This document shows positions 56,101 through 64,000 of a stretch of 64,000 nucleotides of DNA, piece after piece. Origin of the DNA: Diplonema japonicum (taxonomy: Eukaryota > Protista > Euglenozoa: Diplonemea). Below the pieces are notes generated by a model. That model ran no database searches. It was not told the DNA's origin and saw nothing but the letters and a program-made list of their open reading frames with translations. The stretch is taken from the NCBI GenBank assembly GCA_964019335.1, contig OZ025693.1, forward strand, positions 477,486 through 541,485. Reading direction: 5' to 3'. Every line of letters starts with the position of its first letter. The first letter of the stretch is position 1. A program made the translations under genes and the position numbers.

Positions 56101-59100
56101 CCGCACGAAGTTCTCGGGGCCCGTTTTCGGGGGGTCCTGTTCTTGTTCCCGAGGAAGAAGAGGCGCCGCAAAAGGAAGACGGTTAAGGTTGCTCTCCAAG
56201 ACCACGCACTTCGCCTCCGCTTCCACGACCGCGGCCTTCAGGTCCTCCCAGGCCATCCCCTCGAGCTCCACCGCGCGCTGCTCCCCGGGCGTAGGGAGGT
56301 ACTCAACCTCGACACCGCAGGTTTGCGCTCGCTCCCCCTCGGCTGCGCGCACCTCCTCGTCCACAAGGGACTGCAGCTCCTGCGAGGACGCGGTTAGTTG
56401 TTGTTTTGGATCCCTTCTCCCAACGCGCACGGTCTCCGCCGTCGATAGCAGGACCTCCTCTGCGGCGCGTCCGCGGAGCGCCTGCAGCTTCTCGCTGAGC
56501 TCTGCGTTTTCGCGCAGCAGTGCGTCCAGGTTCGGGGCGGGCGCCACCTTGTCCACCAGCTCCTCCACGATCTCCCGCACGAAGTTCTCGGGGCCCGTTT
56601 TCGGGGGGTCCTGTTCTTGTTCCCGAGGAAGAAGAGGCGCCGCAAAAGGAAGACGGTTAAGGTTGCTCTCCAAGACCACGCACTTCGCCTCCGCTTCCAC
56701 GACCGCGGCCTTCAGGTCCTCCCAGGCCATCCCCTCGAGCTCCACCGCGCGCTGCTCCCCGGGCGTAGGGAGGTACTCAACCTCGACACCGCAGGTTTGC
56801 GCTCGCTCCCCCTCGGCTGCGCGCACCTCCTCGTCCACAAGGGACTGCAGCTCCTGCGAGGACGCGGTTAGTTGTTGTTTTGGATCCCTTCTCCCAACGC
56901 GCACGGTCTCCGCCGTCGATAGCAGGACCTCCTCTGCGGCGCGTCCGCGGAGCGCCTGCAGCTTCTCGCTGAGCTCTGCGTTTTCGCGCAGCAGTGCGTC
57001 CAGGTTCGGGGCGGGCGCCACCTTGTCCACCAGCTCCTCCACGATCTCCCGCACGAAGTTCTCGGGGCCCGTTTTCGGGGGGTCCTGTTCTTGTTCCCGA
57101 GGAAGAAGAGGCGCCGCAAAAGGAAGACGGTTAAGGTTGCTCTCCAAGACCACGCACTTCGCCTCCGCTTCCACGACCGCGGCCTTCAGGTCCTCCCAGG
57201 CCATCCCCTCGAGCTCCACCGCGCGCTGCTCCCCGGGCGTAGGGAGGTACTCAACCTCGACACCGCAGGTTTGCGCTCGCTCCCCCTCGGCTGCGCGCAC
57301 CTCCTCGTCCACAAGGGACTGCAGCTCCTGCGAGGACGCGGTTAGTTGTTGTTTTGGATCCCTTCTCCCAACGCGCACGGTCTCCGCCGTCGATAGCAGG
57401 ACCTCCTCTGCGGCGCGTCCGCGGAGCGCCTGCAGCTTCTCGCTGAGCTCTGCGTTTTCGCGCAGCAGTGCGTCCAGGTTCGGGGCGGGCGCCACCTTGT
57501 CCACCAGCTCCTCCACGATCTCCCGCACGAAGTTCTCGGGGCCCGTTTTCGGGGGGTCCTGTTCTTGTTCCCGAGGAAGAAGAGGCGCCGCAAAAGGAAG
57601 ACGGTTAAGGTTGCTCTCCAAGACCACGCACTTCGCCTCCGCTTCCACGACCGCGGCCTTCAGGTCCTCCCAGGCCATCCCCTCGAGCTCCACCGCGCGC
57701 TGCTCCCCGGGCGTAGGGAGGTACTCAACCTCGACACCGCAGGTTTGCGCTCGCTCCCCCTCGGCTGCGCGCACCTCCTCGTCCACAAGGGACTGCAGCT
57801 CCTGCGAGGACGCGGTTAGTTGTTGTTTTGGATCCCTTCTCCCAACGCGCACGGTCTCCGCCGTCGATAGCAGGACCTCCTCTGCGGCGCGTCCGCGGAG
57901 CGCCTGCAGCTTCTCGCTGAGCTCTGCGTTTTCGCGCAGCAGTGCGTCCAGGTTCGGGGCGGGCGCCACCTTGTCCACCAGCTCCTCCACGATCTCCCGC
58001 ACGAAGTTCTCGGGGCCCGTTTTCGGGGGGTCCTGTTCTTGTTCCCGAGGAAGAAGAGGCGCCGCAAAAGGAAGACGGTTAAGGTTGCTCTCCAAGACCA
58101 CGCACTTCGCCTCCGCTTCCACGACCGCGGCCTTCAGGTCCTCCCAGGCCATCCCCTCGAGCTCCACCGCGCGCTGCTCCCCGGGCGTAGGGAGGTACTC
58201 AACCTCGACACCGCAGGTTTGCGCTCGCTCCCCCTCGGCTGCGCGCACCTCCTCGTCCACAAGGGACTGCAGCTCCTGCGAGGACGCGGTTAGTTGTTGT
58301 TTTGGATCCCTTCTCCCAACGCGCACGGTCTCCGCCGTCGATAGCAGGACCTCCTCTGCGGCGCGTCCGCGGAGCGCCTGCAGCTTCTCGCTGAGCTCTG
58401 CGTTTTCGCGCAGCAGTGCGTCCAGGTTCGGGGCGGGCGCCACCTTGTCCACCAGCTCCTCCACGATCTCCCGCACGAAGTTCTCGGGGCCCGTTTTCGG
58501 GGGGTCCTGTTCTTGTTCCCGAGGAAGAAGAGGCGCCGCAAAAGGAAGACGGTTAAGGTTGCTCTCCAAGACCACGCACTTCGCCTCCGCTTCCACGACC
58601 GCGGCCTTCAGGTCCTCCCAGGCCATCCCCTCGAGCTCCACCGCGCGCTGCTCCCCGGGCGTAGGGAGGTACTCAACCTCGACACCGCAGGTTTGCGCTC
58701 GCTCCCCCTCGGCTGCGCGCACCTCCTCGTCCACAAGGGACTGCAGCTCCTGCGAGGACGCGGTTAGTTGTTGTTTTGGATCCCTTCTCCCAACGCGCAC
58801 GGTCTCCGCCGTCGATAGCAGGACCTCCTCTGCGGCGCGTCCGCGGAGCGCCTGCAGCTTCTCGCTGAGCTCTGCGTTTTCGCGCAGCAGTGCGTCCAGG
58901 TTCGGGGCGGGCGCCACCTTGTCCACCAGCTCCTCCACGATCTCCCGCACGAAGTTCTCGGGGCCCGTTTTCGGGGGGTCCTGTTCTTGTTCCCGAGGAA
59001 GAAGAGGCGCCGCAAAAGGAAGACGGTTAAGGTTGCTCTCCAAGACCACGCACTTCGCCTCCGCTTCCACGACCGCGGCCTTCAGGTCCTCCCAGGCCAT

Positions 59101-62100
59101 CCCCTCGAGCTCCACCGCGCGCTGCTCCCCGGGCGTAGGGAGGTACTCAACCTCGACACCGCAGGTTTGCGCTCGCTCCCCCTCGGCTGCGCGCACCTCC
59201 TCGTCCACAAGGGACTGCAGCTCCTGCGAGGACGCGGTTAGTTGTTGTTTTGGATCCCTTCTCCCAACGCGCACGGTCTCCGCCGTCGATAGCAGGACCT
59301 CCTCTGCGGCGCGTCCGCGGAGCGCCTGCAGCTTCTCGCTGAGCTCTGCGTTTTCGCGCAGCAGTGCGTCCAGGTTCGGGGCGGGCGCCACCTTGTCCAC
59401 CAGCTCCTCCACGATCTCCCGCACGAAGTTCTCGGGGCCCGTTTTCGGGGGGTCCTGTTCTTGTTCCCGAGGAAGAAGAGGCGCCGCAAAAGGAAGACGG
59501 TTAAGGTTGCTCTCCAAGACCACGCACTTCGCCTCCGCTTCCACGACCGCGGCCTTCAGGTCCTCCCAGGCCATCCCCTCGAGCTCCACCGCGCGCTGCT
59601 CCCCGGGCGTAGGGAGGTACTCAACCTCGACACCGCAGGTTTGCGCTCGCTCCCCCTCGGCTGCGCGCACCTCCTCGTCCACAAGGGACTGCAGCTCCTG
59701 CGAGGACGCGGTTAGTTGTTGTTTTGGATCCCTTCTCCCAACGCGCACGGTCTCCGCCGTCGATAGCAGGACCTCCTCTGCGGCGCGTCCGCGGAGCGCC
59801 TGCAGCTTCTCGCTGAGCTCTGCGTTTTCGCGCAGCAGTGCGTCCAGGTTCGGGGCGGGCGCCACCTTGTCCACCAGCTCCTCCACGATCTCCCGCACGA
59901 AGTTCTCGGGGCCCGTTTTCGGGGGGTCCTGTTCTTGTTCCCGAGGAAGAAGAGGCGCCGCAAAAGGAAGACGGTTAAGGTTGCTCTCCAAGACCACGCA
60001 CTTCGCCTCCGCTTCCACGACCGCGGCCTTCAGGTCCTCCCAGGCCATCCCCTCGAGCTCCACCGCGCGCTGCTCCCCGGGCGTAGGGAGGTACTCAACC
60101 TCGACACCGCAGGTTTGCGCTCGCTCCCCCTCGGCTGCGCGCACCTCCTCGTCCACAAGGGACTGCAGCTCCTGCGAGGACGCGGTTAGTTGTTGTTTTG
60201 GATCCCTTCTCCCAACGCGCACGGTCTCCGCCGTCGATAGCAGGACCTCCTCTGCGGCGCGTCCGCGGAGCGCCTGCAGCTTCTCGCTGAGCTCTGCGTT
60301 TTCGCGCAGCAGTGCGTCCAGGTTCGGGGCGGGCGCCACCTTGTCCACCAGCTCCTCCACGATCTCCCGCACGAAGTTCTCGGGGCCCGTTTTCGGGGGG
60401 TCCTGTTCTTGTTCCCGAGGAAGAAGAGGCGCCGCAAAAGGAAGACGGTTAAGGTTGCTCTCCAAGACCACGCACTTCGCCTCCGCTTCCACGACCGCGG
60501 CCTTCAGGTCCTCCCAGGCCATCCCCTCGAGCTCCACCGCGCGCTGCTCCCCGGGCGTAGGGAGGTACTCAACCTCGACACCGCAGGTTTGCGCTCGCTC
60601 CCCCTCGGCTGCGCGCACCTCCTCGTCCACAAGGGACTGCAGCTCCTGCGAGGACGCGGTTAGTTGTTGTTTTGGATCCCTTCTCCCAACGCGCACGGTC
60701 TCCGCCGTCGATAGCAGGACCTCCTCTGCGGCGCGTCCGCGGAGCGCCTGCAGCTTCTCGCTGAGCTCTGCGTTTTCGCGCAGCAGTGCGTCCAGGTTCG
60801 GGGCGGGCGCCACCTTGTCCACCAGCTCCTCCACGATCTCCCGCACGAAGTTCTCGGGGCCCGTTTTCGGGGGGTCCTGTTCTTGTTCCCGAGGAAGAAG
60901 AGGCGCCGCAAAAGGAAGACGGTTAAGGTTGCTCTCCAAGACCACGCACTTCGCCTCCGCTTCCACGACCGCGGCCTTCAGGTCCTCCCAGGCCATCCCC
61001 TCGAGCTCCACCGCGCGCTGCTCCCCGGGCGTAGGGAGGTACTCAACCTCGACACCGCAGGTTTGCGCTCGCTCCCCCTCGGCTGCGCGCACCTCCTCGT
61101 CCACAAGGGACTGCAGCTCCTGCGAGGACGCGGTTAGTTGTTGTTTTGGATCCCTTCTCCCAACGCGCACGGTCTCCGCCGTCGATAGCAGGACCTCCTC
61201 TGCGGCGCGTCCGCGGAGCGCCTGCAGCTTCTCGCTGAGCTCTGCGTTTTCGCGCAGCAGTGCGTCCAGGTTCGGGGCGGGCGCCACCTTGTCCACCAGC
61301 TCCTCCACGATCTCCCGCACGAAGTTCTCGGGGCCCGTTTTCGGGGGGTCCTGTTCTTGTTCCCGAGGAAGAAGAGGCGCCGCAAAAGGAAGACGGTTAA
61401 GGTTGCTCTCCAAGACCACGCACTTCGCCTCCGCTTCCACGACCGCGGCCTTCAGGTCCTCCCAGGCCATCCCCTCGAGCTCCACCGCGCGCTGCTCCCC
61501 GGGCGTAGGGAGGTACTCAACCTCGACACCGCAGGTTTGCGCTCGCTCCCCCTCGGCTGCGCGCACCTCCTCGTCCACAAGGGACTGCAGCTCCTGCGAG
61601 GACGCGGTTAGTTGTTGTTTTGGATCCCTTCTCCCAACGCGCACGGTCTCCGCCGTCGATAGCAGGACCTCCTCTGCGGCGCGTCCGCGGAGCGCCTGCA
61701 GCTTCTCGCTGAGCTCTGCGTTTTCGCGCAGCAGTGCGTCCAGGTTCGGGGCGGGCGCCACCTTGTCCACCAGCTCCTCCACGATCTCCCGCACGAAGTT
61801 CTCGGGGCCCGTTTTCGGGGGGTCCTGTTCTTGTTCCCGAGGAAGAAGAGGCGCCGCAAAAGGAAGACGGTTAAGGTTGCTCTCCAAGACCACGCACTTC
61901 GCCTCCGCTTCCACGACCGCGGCCTTCAGGTCCTCCCAGGCCATCCCCTCGAGCTCCACCGCGCGCTGCTCCCCGGGCGTAGGGAGGTACTCAACCTCGA
62001 CACCGCAGGTTTGCGCTCGCTCCCCCTCGGCTGCGCGCACCTCCTCGTCCACAAGGGACTGCAGCTCCTGCGAGGACGCGGTTAGTTGTTGTTTTGGATC

Positions 62101-64000
62101 CCTTCTCCCAACGCGCACGGTCTCCGCCGTCGATAGCAGGACCTCCTCTGCGGCGCGTCCGCGGAGCGCCTGCAGCTTCTCGCTGAGCTCTGCGTTTTCG
62201 CGCAGCAGTGCGTCCAGGTTCGGGGCGGGCGCCACCTTGTCCACCAGCTCCTCCACGATCTCCCGCACGAAGTTCTCGGGGCCCGTTTTCGGGGGGTCCT
62301 GTTCTTGTTCCCGAGGAAGAAGAGGCGCCGCAAAAGGAAGACGGTTAAGGTTGCTCTCCAAGACCACGCACTTCGCCTCCGCTTCCACGACCGCGGCCTT
62401 CAGGTCCTCCCAGGCCATCCCCTCGAGCTCCACCGCGCGCTGCTCCCCGGGCGTAGGGAGGTACTCAACCTCGACACCGCAGGTTTGCGCTCGCTCCCCC
62501 TCGGCTGCGCGCACCTCCTCGTCCACAAGGGACTGCAGCTCCTGCGAGGACGCGGTTAGTTGTTGTTTTGGATCCCTTCTCCCAACGCGCACGGTCTCCG
62601 CCGTCGATAGCAGGACCTCCTCTGCGGCGCGTCCGCGGAGCGCCTGCAGCTTCTCGCTGAGCTCTGCGTTTTCGCGCAGCAGTGCGTCCAGGTTCGGGGC
62701 GGGCGCCACCTTGTCCACCAGCTCCTCCACGATCTCCCGCACGAAGTTCTCGGGGCCCGTTTTCGGGGGGTCCTGTTCTTGTTCCCGAGGAAGAAGAGGC
62801 GCCGCAAAAGGAAGACGGTTAAGGTTGCTCTCCAAGACCACGCACTTCGCCTCCGCTTCCACGACCGCGGCCTTCAGGTCCTCCCAGGCCATCCCCTCGA
62901 GCTCCACCGCGCGCTGCTCCCCGGGCGTAGGGAGGTACTCAACCTCGACACCGCAGGTTTGCGCTCGCTCCCCCTCGGCTGCGCGCACCTCCTCGTCCAC
63001 AAGGGACTGCAGCTCCTGCGAGGACGCGGTTAGTTGTTGTTTTGGATCCCTTCTCCCAACGCGCACGGTCTCCGCCGTCGATAGCAGGACCTCCTCTGCG
63101 GCGCGTCCGCGGAGCGCCTGCAGCTTCTCGCTGAGCTCTGCGTTTTCGCGCAGCAGTGCGTCCAGGTTCGGGGCGGGCGCCACCTTGTCCACCAGCTCCT
63201 CCACGATCTCCCGCACGAAGTTCTCGGGGCCCGTTTTCGGGGGGTCCTGTTCTTGTTCCCGAGGAAGAAGAGGCGCCGCAAAAGGAAGACGGTTAAGGTT
63301 GCTCTCCAAGACCACGCACTTCGCCTCCGCTTCCACGACCGCGGCCTTCAGGTCCTCCCAGGCCATCCCCTCGAGCTCCACCGCGCGCTGCTCCCCGGGC
63401 GTAGGGAGGTACTCAACCTCGACACCGCAGGTTTGCGCTCGCTCCCCCTCGGCTGCGCGCACCTCCTCGTCCACAAGGGACTGCAGCTCCTGCGAGGACG
63501 CGGTTAGTTGTTGTTTTGGATCCCTTCTCCCAACGCGCACGGTCTCCGCCGTCGATAGCAGGACCTCCTCTGCGGCGCGTCCGCGGAGCGCCTGCAGCTT
63601 CTCGCTGAGCTCTGCGTTTTCGCGCAGCAGTGCGTCCAGGTTCGGGGCGGGCGCCACCTTGTCCACCAGCTCCTCCACGATCTCCCGCACGAAGTTCTCG
63701 GGGCCCGTTTTCGGGGGGTCCTGTTCTTGTTCCCGAGGAAGAAGAGGCGCCGCAAAAGGAAGACGGTTAAGGTTGCTCTCCAAGACCACGCACTTCGCCT
63801 CCGCTTCCACGACCGCGGCCTTCAGGTCCTCCCAGGCCATCCCCTCGAGCTCCACCGCGCGCTGCTCCCCGGGCGTAGGGAGGTACTCAACCTCGACACC
63901 GCAGGTTTGCGCTCGCTCCCCCTCGGCTGCGCGCACCTCCTCGTCCACAAGGGACTGCAGCTCCTGCGAGGACGCGGTTAGTTGTTGTTTTGGATCCCTT
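23184..64000 (-). CDS. Giant acidic, repeat/coiled-coil protein, about 13,590 aa within the window (5'-partial); exons >64000-50191 and 50147-23184
   Basis: The 4605-aa and 8980-aa ORFs are separated by 4 nt. An AT-rich GT-AG intron joins them in frame (..QYLAGVS|VTRQDKVMKDTET..). There are no stops in 27 kb and 13.8 kb, and all indels between repeat units are multiples of 6 nt. Confidence 0.85.
24924..26315 (-). repeat. 1392-bp (464-aa) intragenic duplication, copy 2 in coding order; copy 1 at 47052-48443
   Basis: Constant offset of 22128 bp and identical shadow ORFs (for example 25223..25885 and 47351..48013). Confidence 0.95.
26316..27350 (-). repeat. Diverged partial repeats of sub-modules of the 1392-bp block
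   Basis: HQNQDKGTSECVLVE.SEFLETPCHPRVLELLGHEGAW...HVDGSHQ occurs twice more here, about 507 bp apart, with substitutions. Confidence 0.9.
27378..45500 (-). repeat. Coding tandem array B: 19 units (last one slightly incomplete) of 960 bp (variants 966 and 936 bp)
   Basis: A shadow 92-aa ORF recurs 19 times (27832 to 45088) with spacings of 960, 966 or 936. The visible differences are in the (GCCTCA)n = (AE)n tract. Confidence 0.98.
47052..48443 (-). repeat. 1392-bp intragenic duplication, copy 1 in coding order
   Basis: The peptide CVPVLFEAEQQLFSFPP...APQLSERSV occurs twice, on either side of array B. Confidence 0.95.
50148..50190 (-). other. 43-nt intron (or 49 nt using the alternative in-frame GTAAGT donor at 50196) in the giant gene
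   Basis: Minus strand gga GTAAGT GTATGTttaagtaacaatataaaaaactttaaatataaaaCAG gta acg. Both lengths are 3n+1, exactly the offset between the two ORF frames; GTATG matches most other introns in the window. Confidence 0.8.
50202..64000 (-). repeat. Coding tandem array A: at least 29 units of 474 bp (158 aa), continuing off the window
   Basis: Shadow ORFs recur every 474 bp with identical translations from 50232 to 63981. Confidence 0.98.

Noticed and set aside
50202-64000. 83/84-aa repeated ORFs and a stop-free antisense frame in array A (also seen as 16648..18330)
   Set aside because: Expected antisense mirror of an E/A/L-rich, GC3-rich gene; no start context or independent evidence.

Overview
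Eukaryotic (protist) genomic DNA with a euglenozoan-like organisation, most plausibly a diplonemid. This assignment is inferred from compact same-strand gene runs, pyrimidine-tract/ACAG acceptors just before start codons, and GTATG...ACAG mini-introns. Left to right: (1) the 5' part of a minus-strand Pumilio/PUF-like gene; (2) an ~8.5 kb divergent intergenic region full of nested, CpG-eroded repeats, including a 465-bp inverted pair, ~50-bp minisatellites and LINE relics; (3) a plus-strand run of a pseudo-PARP-like gene, an IQ-motif gene, a short alpha-actinin and the N-terminus of a giant repeat protein that runs into a 200-N scaffold gap; (4) minus-strand BUD13 and a rhomboid-like pseudoprotease. 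The main finding is that the 4605-aa and 8980-aa minus-strand ORFs appear to be one gene joined by a 43- or 49-nt intron (about 13,590 aa inside the window). It is built from at least 29 apparently identical 158-aa repeats and 19 ~320-aa repeats. Its likely N-terminus lies on the opposite strand before the gap, which suggests a mis-oriented contig and a protein of roughly 13,900 aa or more. All calls were made by eye; no database searches were run.
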